From the IMG/VR virus record IMGVR_UViG_3300014613_000049, positions 1-39,457 of that record: a DNA stretch of 39,457 bases. One strand, written 5' to 3'. A program made the position numbers and the translations under genes. The first letter of the stretch is position 1; each line of letters starts with the position of its first letter. This document shows positions 27,535 through 36,286 of the stretch, piece by piece. The notes under the pieces were generated by a model, which searched no databases, was not told where the DNA came from, and saw only the letters and a list, made by a program, of their open reading frames with translations. This DNA comes from a virus (Duplodnaviria; Caudoviricetes).

Positions 27535-27753
27535 TAATTCAGCCATTGCTTTATCTATATAATCCATAGCTTTTTCTGCACCGGATATCTTTTTTTTATC
27601 ATCCATTTTATCTTTTATAATCCAATCTAAATCCTTATATAGTTCAGACATTTTTTTATGGACAATCCGTAATGCTTGACCAGCCGTAACATCGTATCTA
27701 CCTTCAATAATCTTTTTATATGCCTCATTTACTTTTTCGTCTTTTTTTCTCAT
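27523..27753 (-). CDS. Hypothetical protein
   Basis: AAGGAG RBS; N-terminal KVNEAYKKIIE. Confidence 0.65.
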   Translation of the reverse strand: MRKKDEKVNEAYKKIIEGRYDVTAGQALRIVHKKMSELYKDLDWIIKDKMDDKKKISGAEKAMDYIDKAMAELLKI

Positions 27754-28031
27754 TTATTTTCTCCTTGTATCCACATAGAATGCTTTTTTGCAAATTTTAT
27801 AAGGTCTTTTGGCGCATTTTCAGGTTTAATTAATTCTTCTATATTTTTAACCTCAACATATAGTTTTTTCCTTATTTTACCTTTCTTTTTCCAAGTGGCA
27901 ATGATATCCATATCTTTATCCACACTTGAAACATATATGCCTGTAAATAATTTTTCTTCATTCAATCCTTTAACCCATTGGCCACATTTATATTTATTAG
28001 CATTTTTATCTAATAGGAATCTTAATTTCAT
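27750..28031 (-). CDS. Hypothetical protein
   Basis: Overlaps downstream gene start. Confidence 0.6.
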   Translation of the reverse strand: MKLRFLLDKNANKYKCGQWVKGLNEEKLFTGIYVSSVDKDMDIIATWKKKGKIRKKLYVEVKNIEELIKPENAPKDLIKFAKKHSMWIQGENK

Positions 28032-28063
28032 TTATTATCCGTTTTTTATAGCTTTTATTTGTT

Positions 28064-28094
28064 TTGAAGTATTAAGTATTATTTAATACTTCAA
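28064..28094. terminator. 12-bp inverted repeat, possible terminator or operator
   Basis: TTGAAGTATTAA-7 nt-TTAATACTTCAA, intergenic; T-rich tail only on +. Confidence 0.45.
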
Positions 28095-28109
28095 TTAGTT
28101 TTTCTAATC

Positions 28110-28442
28110 TTAGTTTTTCCAGGTTATAACTGCATATGTAGTGTTTGTTTGTTTTTCTGTTGCTGATTCTATTGCAAATCCAGAATCATCGGCAATATCT
28201 ATTAAAGTGTTTAATAATTCAAAATGGTCAGAATTAAATTCTAATGTTATTCCTTGATAAATACCTTTTGAAATAGGAGTTACATTAATTTTTCTTTCAT
28301 CATCTGTATAATCCTTTTTGAAAGAATCTAATACAAATGTTGTTTTTTTAGGTGTACCTCCAATAAGTTTCATTAGAATACGTTTATCCTTATTATTAAT
28401 CCTTTCTTCCATTAATAATCTTTCTATTTTCTTAATTATCAT
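28110..28442 (-). CDS. Hypothetical protein, leader KIERLLME
   Basis: AAGGA RBS. Confidence 0.7.
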   Translation of the reverse strand: MIIKKIERLLMEERINNKDKRILMKLIGGTPKKTTFVLDSFKKDYTDDERKINVTPISKGIYQGITLEFNSDHFELLNTLIDIADDSGFAIESATEKQTNTTYAVITWKN

Positions 28443-28453
28443 AATTTCATTCC

Positions 28454-29170
28454 TTATTTTTTATACCAAGCATTTGCCGTTGATTTTATTACATCCATAC
28501 TAACTACATTGGGGTCTAAATATTTCCAACCATTTTTAATCAATTCATTTTTATATTCTTTTCCTATAGGATTTACTATTGGTGATTTATAGAATTTATC
28601 CATATGTTTAAATACATTAGTAATTACCGAATCTGTAAGTTCACCTACATTATTATCTATTTCAATCCAGTCTATAAATTTATTCCTATAGAATTTTTTC
28701 AATTTATTTATTTTTTCATATGCTTCTTTTATGAATTCTTCCTTTACTTCTCTACCTGTATCCGCACTCCTTTTTTTTGCTCTTTTTATGGCCTCTTCAA
28801 GAGATGTTTTTACAAATACCATAGCAGTATCATAACCCATGGTTTCTAGTATGCTTTTCCTTCTAAGAATTGTTGTAGCCGCCACAGCGGTACCATCAAT
28901 GGCCAACGGTAACATTGAATTTAAATATAGAACTAATTTATTTTTATTTAGGGTTAATACTTTAACCCTCACTTCACCCCATCCTTCATTCCAAAATTCT
29001 TTGTACAATGGGAAAAATTTATCAGTATTTATAATTTTAGGTTCAATTCCACCTGATTTTATTTTAGAAAGTGTATAGGTTTTTCCAGCTCCAGGATGGC
29101 CAGCCATAAAAACTGCCTTGAAAATTCCCTGGTCCATAATCCCTTCGGTTATATATTGTTTAAATCTCAT
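28454..29170 (-). CDS. P-loop kinase (zeta toxin/polynucleotide kinase-like), leader MRFKQYITE
   Basis: GHPGAGKT, INTD, IDGT, A..RA..R. Confidence 0.8.
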   Translation of the reverse strand: MRFKQYITEGIMDQGIFKAVFMAGHPGAGKTYTLSKIKSGGIEPKIINTDKFFPLYKEFWNEGWGEVRVKVLTLNKNKLVLYLNSMLPLAIDGTAVAATTILRRKSILETMGYDTAMVFVKTSLEEAIKRAKKRSADTGREVKEEFIKEAYEKINKLKKFYRNKFIDWIEIDNNVGELTDSVITNVFKHMDKFYKSPIVNPIGKEYKNELIKNGWKYLDPNVVSMDVIKSTANAWYKK

Positions 29171-29179
29171 TTTTTCCCT

Positions 29180-29695
29180 TTATAATGCCAGTATAGCTAT
29201 AACAATGGCTCCTATACTTATTATACTCATTGTTCCTTTACTTATAAAATCATTCCATTTTCTTGTATATCTTTCTTCTCTATAAGCATTTTCAGAATCA
29301 ACCCATAAATTTCTATATTCATTAGCTTTCATCCTTTCTAATGCCACATATTCTTTTAAAGAATTTATAATATCTATATTACTATTTATAAGAATTTCTT
29401 GTTCTAATGTTATACTTTTATATGTTTTGGTTAGTTTTAATAGACCCGCAATTTTTGCATATTCAATTGGTGTAAGAATAATATATTTAGCATCATTTAT
29501 AGGAACCATATTATAATTTTTATCTACAAATACAGGAATAAGTTTATCAGGTTTAGGTATCGTTGATAAATCTAATGAATATGATTGTGTTTTATCAAAT
29601 GTTAAATTAGGTATTTCCATTGGTATAAATGGTTTTGGCGAACAACCAACTATAAAAAAACAAAATACCATTATGCAGGTTATTATACTTTTCAT
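29180..29695 (-). CDS. Lipoprotein with C-terminal TM helix (spanin-like)
   Basis: Signal MKSIITCIMVFCFFIVG|C; coiled coil; hydrophobic C-terminus; lysis-cassette context. Confidence 0.6.
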   Translation of the reverse strand: MKSIITCIMVFCFFIVGCSPKPFIPMEIPNLTFDKTQSYSLDLSTIPKPDKLIPVFVDKNYNMVPINDAKYIILTPIEYAKIAGLLKLTKTYKSITLEQEILINSNIDIINSLKEYVALERMKANEYRNLWVDSENAYREERYTRKWNDFISKGTMSIISIGAIVIAILAL

Positions 29696-29696
29696 T

Positions 29697-30038
29697 TTAT
29701 AAATCTTCCCATTCTTCTTCAATGACCATATGTATTTTTTTCACATTCGTTTCTTTCAATATTTCTTTTATTTCTGTGGATGCCTTCTCTTGTATATTTT
29801 TTATTTTGGTTTTTGTTTCCTCAGATATTTTTTCCTTTTCTTTTATTGTCACTTCTATAGGTTTTTGTAACTCCACAATTTTTTCAATTTTCTCTTGGCC
29901 TATTTTTTGTGTTATTTCATGAACGGCATTGATTATATCACTTTTTTTACCACCTCTACTTGTAAGAAAATATGTGATTGCGGCCAGACCGCCACAACCT
30001 AAAAAACCTATAACAACTGTTGATATACCAAAATCCAT
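29697..30038 (-). CDS. N-terminal TM plus coiled coil (i-spanin-like)
   Basis: Topology and position between holin-like gene and lipoprotein. Confidence 0.55.
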   Translation of the reverse strand: MDFGISTVVIGFLGCGGLAAITYFLTSRGGKKSDIINAVHEITQKIGQEKIEKIVELQKPIEVTIKEKEKISEETKTKIKNIQEKASTEIKEILKETNVKKIHMVIEEEWEDL

Positions 30039-30289
30039 TATGGCACCATATCGTTTACATCTTTTTCAGAAAGTTGTTTTATTTTAGCAACCTTAAATAC
30101 CTCTCTCATGGTAAACACGGTTGAAATTACTCCACCATTTACTGATGCCCAAATAGCGGCCGGCATAAGCCCTGTATAAACCATAGATGCTGATAAAAAC
30201 ATTAGAATAAATATAACCCAAACTTTTACGGATATAAGATTTTCTATTATTTTTCTACCAACAAGTTTTTTAAATTCATTATCTTTCAT
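30038..30289 (-). CDS. Holin-like two-TM protein
   Basis: 83 aa, two hydrophobic helices, charged termini, follows lysozyme gene. Confidence 0.55.
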   Translation of the reverse strand: MKDNEFKKLVGRKIIENLISVKVWVIFILMFLSASMVYTGLMPAAIWASVNGGVISTVFTMREVFKVAKIKQLSEKDVNDMVP

Positions 30290-30298
30290 AATTTCTCC

Positions 30299-30841
30299 TT
30301 ATAATTTTATCCTTTGAAACCATACACGAGCGAATTTTTTTTGTGTGAGGCTTTTCTCCATATAATCCAAATAATGCATTCCTTGTAATATGTTCATTAT
30401 TTTCACAATATACTCTCCTTTATCATTTTTAAGATATAGGTTTTGTATTATTTTCAATGGAACCATCAACAACCAAATTTAGATAAAGCAATTCATCCCT
30501 ATTTAGATAATTTAATGCTTTTTGTAGGAATTTTACAGCACGTTCAACACCCATATTTACACTGGTATCAAATATTTCATCAGCTATTTCCTGAGAATTA
30601 ATTTCATCACCTAAAAACTTATCCCAGTAGTTTTCTTTATAAAAGGCTTTCACTAATATATTTAGGTCTAAATCTTTTATTTTTTTCTTTTTACATTTGT
30701 CTATGTAAGTCCAACCAGTCTAGCTAGGATTATATCTTCTGGCTATACCTCTATATGTCTCACCACCAACATCATCAGGATCAAATGAATATAATCCTTC
30801 ATATTCTATTGTTTTTTAAATGCTTGATCAAAATTTACCAT
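30299..30841 (-). pseudogene. GH108-family endolysin, disrupted
   Basis: EGLY..DPDD.GGETYRGIAR, FD..VN.G, LQ..LN, VDG.I; frameshift near 30812, TAG at 30720-30722, second frameshift near 30442. Confidence 0.8.
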
Positions 30842-30882
30842 AATACCTCCAAATAATTTTTATTTATTATATATATTTATTA

Positions 30883-30890
30883 TATAAATA
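30883..30890 (+). promoter_or_regulatory. T4-type late promoter
   Basis: TATAAATA 20 nt upstream of ATG 30911. Confidence 0.65.
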
Positions 30891-30910
30891 CTTCTTAAAG
30901 GAGAATTTTA

Positions 30911-31549
30911 ATGAGATTACAAAAACATTTAAATGAGATAACGGAACCAACCGTAACTCCAGTTAAGGAATTAATAACATCTGCGATGCCTGAATTATAT
31001 AGAATACTATCAAAACATAATTGGAATGTTACTGATGAAATGGTTATAAAGATATTTAATGGTGTTTTTAAAAAATATGATATGAAATTTGATCTTAGTT
31101 TGAGGAAGGTAAATGTTGGTAGGTTAATAGGATGGGGTCAATATGAAACAAATAATAAAACAACTTTATTTGTAACTCCATTTAAAACGTCAAAATATTT
31201 TCAAAGGTTTGCTAAGAAAGGTAAATATTCCGATTTTTTTGATATTAGAAAAAATGAATTTTTGAGGAATGTATGTCGTGTATTGGCACATGAGTATATT
31301 CATGCTATACAGAATTATAAATCAAAAGGTAAATTTATTATAGGTTATACCGGTTTGGATGCCAGTACTGAAGCCGAATATTTATCAAGCCATATAGAAT
31401 TAGATCCACATGCTCAGGATGCTGCAATTGAAATAAAAGAAATAGGTACATCAAAAACACTTAAAAGATATGAGAATGCTTTTGAGCCTACTGATAAACC
31501 ATATAAAGAGTTTCTTAAAAAACTTTATTTTTATATAGATAAGGTATAG
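30911..31549 (+). CDS. HEXXH zincin-like protein, leader MRLQKHLNE
   Basis: LAHEYIHAIQ...YL...IE..; AAGGAG RBS. Confidence 0.7.
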   Translation: MRLQKHLNEITEPTVTPVKELITSAMPELYRILSKHNWNVTDEMVIKIFNGVFKKYDMKFDLSLRKVNVGRLIGWGQYETNNKTTLFVTPFKTSKYFQRFAKKGKYSDFFDIRKNEFLRNVCRVLAHEYIHAIQNYKSKGKFIIGYTGLDASTEAEYLSSHIELDPHAQDAAIEIKEIGTSKTLKRYENAFEPTDKPYKEFLKKLYFYIDKV

Positions 31550-31578
31550 TGGGGACTTACGTCCCCACTGTATTTTTT
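31548..31578. terminator. Intrinsic terminator between convergent genes
   Basis: AGTGGGGAC-TTAC-GTCCCCACT followed by a T-run on +. Confidence 0.85.
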
Positions 31579-31593
31579 AATGGTTTTTCTAAA

Positions 31594-32544
31594 TTATAAG
31601 GATTCTAAATCTGCTAAAAGTTCTTCATCGGTTTGATCTTCTTCAACCGATTCTTCCTCAACCGATTTTTCCTTGGGTTCATCCCAAATACTATCATCAA
31701 TATCATCTTCTTTCTCTAATATTGTTTGGGGTTTTGTTTCTGGTTTATTCTTACTCCATTCATCTTTAACGAGGTCCCATATAATTTCATCTTTGAGTAC
31801 CTTTATAATAAAATCATCATCTCTTTTCATAGATAAAATATACCCATCAATATCATGTGTTTCTTTCATTATAACGTCTATTTCAGATTCGGTTCCTATT
31901 GATGATGGACGTCTAACAAAAGCTGAATTACTATAATCAGGCCATATTTTACCATTTTTATCTTTCTTTGTACTAAGAACTTTTAAAAGAAAATTATATC
32001 CATCGGCTCCTGGATCAAATATAGACATGCCCAATCCATTTTTTGTATCGGTAATTTCTTCCTTTAATTTTTGTTCAATTTTTCCAGGGAATTCATATAA
32101 TCTAACGGTTCCGTTCATTTTCTTATCATCTTCTCTTTCATGGTCCCTTGGATCGTCAATAATATACCAATTGGATACATATCTATCTTTTCTTAGATAG
32201 TTATATGCGGCTTTTTTATCTGCTGCTGTTCCTTGAAATAATTTTGATGTTGCCGAACAAAAAGGACAGAAATTTTCAAATCTTTCTGTTTTTGGACATA
32301 AAAGAAATACCCATTTCTCTCCAGATGTAAACATATGGTAATGGTATTTCTTATAAAAATTACCATTCTTATCAGGTATAAATCTTCCTTCATAAATTTT
32401 TGGTTTATCCACCGTACCTTTTTCAGGTGTCGGCCAAATTTGATCCATTCTTTTAAACCCGCCTGACACAGGTTTTTCTACTTCTTCTTTCTTTTCTTTT
32501 TGAAAATTATTAAATAAATCTTTATTAATCCATTTTGAAGCCAT
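31594..32544 (-). CDS. gp32-like single-stranded DNA-binding protein
   Basis: RFIP, H..C...CPFC zinc site, N.YII.DP, IFDP...G.NF.LK, PDYS.S.F, acidic tail. Confidence 0.88.
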   Translation of the reverse strand: MASKWINKDLFNNFQKEKKEEVEKPVSGGFKRMDQIWPTPEKGTVDKPKIYEGRFIPDKNGNFYKKYHYHMFTSGEKWVFLLCPKTERFENFCPFCSATSKLFQGTAADKKAAYNYLRKDRYVSNWYIIDDPRDHEREDDKKMNGTVRLYEFPGKIEQKLKEEITDTKNGLGMSIFDPGADGYNFLLKVLSTKKDKNGKIWPDYSNSAFVRRPSSIGTESEIDVIMKETHDIDGYILSMKRDDDFIIKVLKDEIIWDLVKDEWSKNKPETKPQTILEKEDDIDDSIWDEPKEKSVEEESVEEDQTDEELLADLESL

Positions 32545-32547
32545 ATA

Positions 32548-32682
32548 TTATTCTCCTGTTTTTTCCTTTATATAATTTTTTAATATTTCGTTTACTGCAT
32601 AATTTATAAGCATTTGCTCTTCTTCTTTTGTTATTTCTATTGTTACTTTTTCTGTTTTATCATTAATTTCAATAATTTCCAT
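32548..32682 (-). CDS. 44-aa hypothetical protein
   Basis: Not in track; MEIIEINDKTEK...; AAGGA RBS; fills the gap. Confidence 0.5.
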   Translation of the reverse strand: MEIIEINDKTEKVTIEITKEEEQMLINYAVNEILKNYIKEKTGE

Positions 32683-32683
32683 T

Positions 32684-32869
32684 TTATTTTCCTTCATTGA
32701 GATTTTCTTTTTTATATTTCTCCTCATTTAAATTATCTTTATCTTTCCACAATGGGTCTCCCTTTATTCCCTCCTTTTTAAGTAATTTTCCTTTCTTTTT
32801 CTTATCTTTTAAGAGTTCTCCTTCAATTTCTTTTTCTTTTAAGAACTCTCCTTCAATTTTAGTTACCAT
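32684..32869 (-). CDS. 61-aa charged repetitive protein
   Basis: GGAG RBS before MVTKIEGE; EGE.LK and NLNE repeats. Confidence 0.55.
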   Translation of the reverse strand: MVTKIEGEFLKEKEIEGELLKDKKKKGKLLKKEGIKGDPLWKDKDNLNEEKYKKENLNEGK

Positions 32870-33020
32870 TATTATCTCCATATATTTTATCCCAACATTT
32901 TTTACATAATTGCCCACCACATTCAACATAATACATTCTAATATCAATATTATCGGTTCTTTTATATGGTGTATCGCAACCACATGAAACACATTTATCA
33001 TATAATGATGTTTTATTCAT
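32859..33020 (-). CDS. 53-aa zinc-finger protein
   Basis: Not in track; MNKTSLYDKCVSCGCDTPY...YVECGGQLCKKCW; AAGGAG RBS. Confidence 0.7.
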   Translation of the reverse strand: MNKTSLYDKCVSCGCDTPYKRTDNIDIRMYYVECGGQLCKKCWDKIYGDNNGN

Positions 33021-33795
33021 TTTTGTCTCCTTCATTTGTAGTTGAATATGTTATGGTATCTGGATTTTCCCATGTAGTACTATTTTTATCTGCAATGGTA
33101 TAAAAATCATCAACCTTTTTTTCTCCAGCACTTCTTGATGTATAGTAATGGTTTATTCCACTCATTGTTTCAATTCTACTTTTCCTGAAACCGTCAACAT
33201 CAGAAGTAAAACTCATTGTATTGCCAATTGAGAATCCTCTACCATGTACAATCTCACTTTGAATATCGAGATTGGCACCCATAAATGTGAATGTCCAGTT
33301 ATCTTTCTTTTCCATATTATCAATTATAGCTTTTACTACTTCTTTGCCTTTAATTCCACTAAATTCTACAGAGGCATTTTCTTCACCATCTGTCATAATG
33401 ATTAATAATACAGAATGGTTTTTTTCTTTATCATCCAATTCAGGTATTTCTTTTTCCATTTTATTTATTGTTTTAACTATAGTATCATTCAATGCTGTTC
33501 CGCCATAACAACGATATTTATCTATCTCAAATACTGTATGTATTGATTCTTCCCAAAAAATAATATTATAATCGGTACTAAACTCTATAAGAGATACCAT
33601 CGTAGGTTGATTATGTTTATCTGATTGTTTTTTTAATTCTTGTATTTGTTCATTGAAATTATCAAGTGCCATATTATGTCTACCATCCGTTACCATAGAC
33701 CCACTATGGTCCATTAAAAATACCACATGGTTTACAATTTTTTCTGGTTTTTTATCTAATATATTATCTAACATATCATCAAAATGTTTATTCAT
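33013..33795 (-). CDS. von Willebrand factor A domain protein
   Basis: MIDAS DHSGS, GGTALND, TDG.EN.S, F.GAN. Confidence 0.88.
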   Translation of the reverse strand: MNKHFDDMLDNILDKKPEKIVNHVVFLMDHSGSMVTDGRHNMALDNFNEQIQELKKQSDKHNQPTMVSLIEFSTDYNIIFWEESIHTVFEIDKYRCYGGTALNDTIVKTINKMEKEIPELDDKEKNHSVLLIIMTDGEENASVEFSGIKGKEVVKAIIDNMEKKDNWTFTFMGANLDIQSEIVHGRGFSIGNTMSFTSDVDGFRKSRIETMSGINHYYTSRSAGEKKVDDFYTIADKNSTTWENPDTITYSTTNEGDKNE

Positions 33796-34400
33796 ATAAT
33801 ATTTTCCTTTATCCTTTTTATAAAACCTGTCATCTCATCCAATTTCTGTGAAATTTCCCTATAGTTTTGTAAAATATAAGGAATCCTTCCTTTTTCATCA
33901 TCTTCTAATACCAATAGTTTCAATTTCATCAATAAAATTATCATACAATCCGATAGGTAACCTTTTATATAATGTTTTATTGGTAAAGATATATCACCTT
34001 CTTTTATCATACAATATCTACTTACAGATTCTATTCCTTTATCTTTTATAAATCTCCTTATAAATTTTACCGAATCCACAATAATCTTTTTTGTTACTAT
34101 TATATCTCTTTTTTGATTTTTATCTCGTTGGATATATAACCTTATTACTCTTAGGTCAAAAAAATTTATATAGGTAAACGATTTTAATATCCCAAAACCG
34201 GCCTCAAAATATTTAAATGGATCAATATGTTTCCATTTTGTATTAAAATAATTTGTACATAATTCCAATGCCTCTCTATTTTTGGTAGATATTTTTGTTT
34301 TTAGATGTTTTTGGAAATCTTTTGGTATTCGATATCCTCTATTTTTTTCGAATGCCTGTGCTTTCCTGAACTCTGTATATATTTCTAATTTTGTAAACAT
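33792..34400 (-). CDS. Basic helical protein, possibly gp59-like helicase loader
   Basis: 202 aa, basic, upstream of gp32; functional call rests on size and position only. Confidence 0.35.
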   Translation of the reverse strand: MFTKLEIYTEFRKAQAFEKNRGYRIPKDFQKHLKTKISTKNREALELCTNYFNTKWKHIDPFKYFEAGFGILKSFTYINFFDLRVIRLYIQRDKNQKRDIIVTKKIIVDSVKFIRRFIKDKGIESVSRYCMIKEGDISLPIKHYIKGYLSDCMIILLMKLKLLVLEDDEKGRIPYILQNYREISQKLDEMTGFIKRIKENII

Positions 34401-34408
34401 AATAAACC

Positions 34409-34437
34409 ATTATACTACATTATATATAATATGTAAA
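34409..34437 (-). promoter_or_regulatory. Sigma70-type early promoter
   Basis: TTTACA-17 nt-TATAAT; -10 box ends 8 nt before the ATG at 34400. Confidence 0.75.
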
Positions 34438-34443
34438 TATATT

Positions 34444-35553
34444 TTATGGTAAACGGGAATTAAACATTCCTAAATATGTGCTTATATATTGCCTTATATT
34501 ATTATAGTCTTCCCAGAATAATTGTGTTTTTACCTTTTCCATATCTTTGTTCCATATTTTACCTCTATAATCCATATCTTTTGCCAACATTTCAATATGG
34601 TTTATCATTTCTTCATCTGTATTTGATTTTAAGGTACAATTTTTATATGGAAATACATTAGAAAATACCGAAGCGGCTCCACATGCGGTATATTCTAAAT
34701 GTTTTATATTACTTTTACCGGCATTAAAAAGGTTATTTTCTAATGGAGCAATACATATATCAGGATCATAACTTTTTATAGTAGAAGGATATTGAAATAT
34801 ATTAACCCATGGTTGATATTTTATCTTATCTTTTATATCAAGAAGTTCATTAGGCATGGCACCCATAAGAACCCAGTCATAAATATCAATGGTTTTCTTT
34901 ATAAAATTTAGTAAATCTTTACCAAAATCACCACCATCAGTTTCTTTATCTCTATCTTTATAATTGGGTGTAAAATGGTTTTGTGAACCTGCCCACATTA
35001 TACGTGGTTTTTTTATTCTTGGTTCATTTAAATGTTTTGGGTAAATTTCTCCCCACATAAATTTACATAAATGGTTTGGAATTATTGATATATTTTTATT
35101 ATATTTTGAATATATTTCTTTGAGTTTTAGAGTTGATACAATGATGCCATCAGATATTCCCAACATTATCTTTATATTTTCTTCAAATTTTTTATAATAT
35201 TCACTGGCAAAATTCCATTTAGGAATACCTAAAATTTGATCATCTATTTCATATATTAATGGAACCTTTCTTTTTGGTACTATATGTGATTTGAAGTGTT
35301 TAAATACTTCTAGTTGTTTATCGGTAGCCGATCTTTGAAATTGTACAAACGTATAATTTTTATAAAAAGGTGGATCATCAATATATTGTGACATATATTG
35401 AGCATTTACAGTAATATTTTTTTCTCTGAAGTGGTTTAGTAATAGGTATGGAAATATAACTCTTATATGGCCACAACCTTGTAGGTCGGCCAAATAAGCT
35501 AAAAACCCTAATTTCGCGGGAGTTTTGATAGATCTATTTTTCTTTTTTAACAT
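34444..35553 (-). CDS. GT-B fold glycosyltransferase
   Basis: GCG..R...P, YEIDD, DI.IAPL..N.FN..KS.IK.LE. Confidence 0.85.
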   Translation of the reverse strand: MLKKKNRSIKTPAKLGFLAYLADLQGCGHIRVIFPYLLLNHFREKNITVNAQYMSQYIDDPPFYKNYTFVQFQRSATDKQLEVFKHFKSHIVPKRKVPLIYEIDDQILGIPKWNFASEYYKKFEENIKIMLGISDGIIVSTLKLKEIYSKYNKNISIIPNHLCKFMWGEIYPKHLNEPRIKKPRIMWAGSQNHFTPNYKDRDKETDGGDFGKDLLNFIKKTIDIYDWVLMGAMPNELLDIKDKIKYQPWVNIFQYPSTIKSYDPDICIAPLENNLFNAGKSNIKHLEYTACGAASVFSNVFPYKNCTLKSNTDEEMINHIEMLAKDMDYRGKIWNKDMEKVKTQLFWEDYNNIRQYISTYLGMFNSRLP

Positions 35554-35654
35554 ATAACAAATTTACACTCTCCTGTATTTTATTTACTCCTTTCTTTTTA
35601 TTGGTTTTCTGTCCTTTCCATCCTTTGTAAAAGGGGTTTCTTGAATTATATGTT

Positions 35655-35753
35655 TTAATGTTTATTTTTTCTTTCTTTTATAAATCTTATAGTTTGTCCA
35701 ACATAAGATTTACTATTAATTTTATTGGTGGCTTTATAAACTATACCATTCAT
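35655..35753 (-). pseudogene. GIY-YIG homing endonuclease remnant
   Basis: MNGIVYKATNKINSKSYVGQT, then a stop after 32 aa. Confidence 0.7.
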
Positions 35754-36277
35754 TATAATCCTTTAAAAAAATCATCAATGACGGAACTAATACCCAATTT
35801 ACTTATTTTCATCCTTAGGAATTCCGATATTGTAGGTTGATAGGCCTTCACTCTTGGAAACATTTTAGCTTCCGTACATAATTTACTGCCTTTTGTATTA
35901 TTGCAGGTTTTACATGAAGCCACTGTATTTTCAAAGGTTGATTTACCTCCTCTAGTTTTAGGAACAATATGATCAATTGTTAGTTTGGATGTATCATTTC
36001 CACAATAGGTACAGGCCATTCCATCTCTTATTAAAACACTTTTTTTACTAAACGGAACCTTTGTTTTATATAATGTTCTAATAAATTTTATTAATCTCAT
36101 TATTAATGGCATTTTTATTGTTAATCCTCTTGCAGTTCTAATTATCCTATTAGTATGTTTTAATATTTCTGCTTTACCTTTAGAAATAAGACACATAGCT
36201 TTTTTCCAATCAATTGTATTTAGGAAACTATAATCCGCATTGAGAAGTATTACGGCTGTCTGTTTCAATTTGATCAC
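35753..36277 (-). CDS. HNH endonuclease (McrA/HNH_5-like)
   Basis: LLNADY, RD...C.YCG, TIDHIVP..RGG....N....C..CN..KG. Confidence 0.88.
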   Translation of the reverse strand: MIKLKQTAVILLNADYSFLNTIDWKKAMCLISKGKAEILKHTNRIIRTARGLTIKMPLIMRLIKFIRTLYKTKVPFSKKSVLIRDGMACTYCGNDTSKLTIDHIVPKTRGGKSTFENTVASCKTCNNTKGSKLCTEAKMFPRVKAYQPTISEFLRMKISKLGISSVIDDFFKGL

Positions 36278-36286
36278 TCTCCTTTC

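Noticed and set aside
2759-30722. Stop-codon reassignment (in-frame TAA in the HAD gene, TAG in the endolysin)
   Set aside because: Long genes are uninterrupted in the standard code; TAA, TAG and TGA all end genes at sensible positions; the endolysin also has frameshifts.
32684-33001. 105-aa ORF from the track as one gene
   Set aside because: Its 5' part overlaps a better zinc-finger ORF in another frame (32859-33020) with its own RBS; the likely start is 32869.
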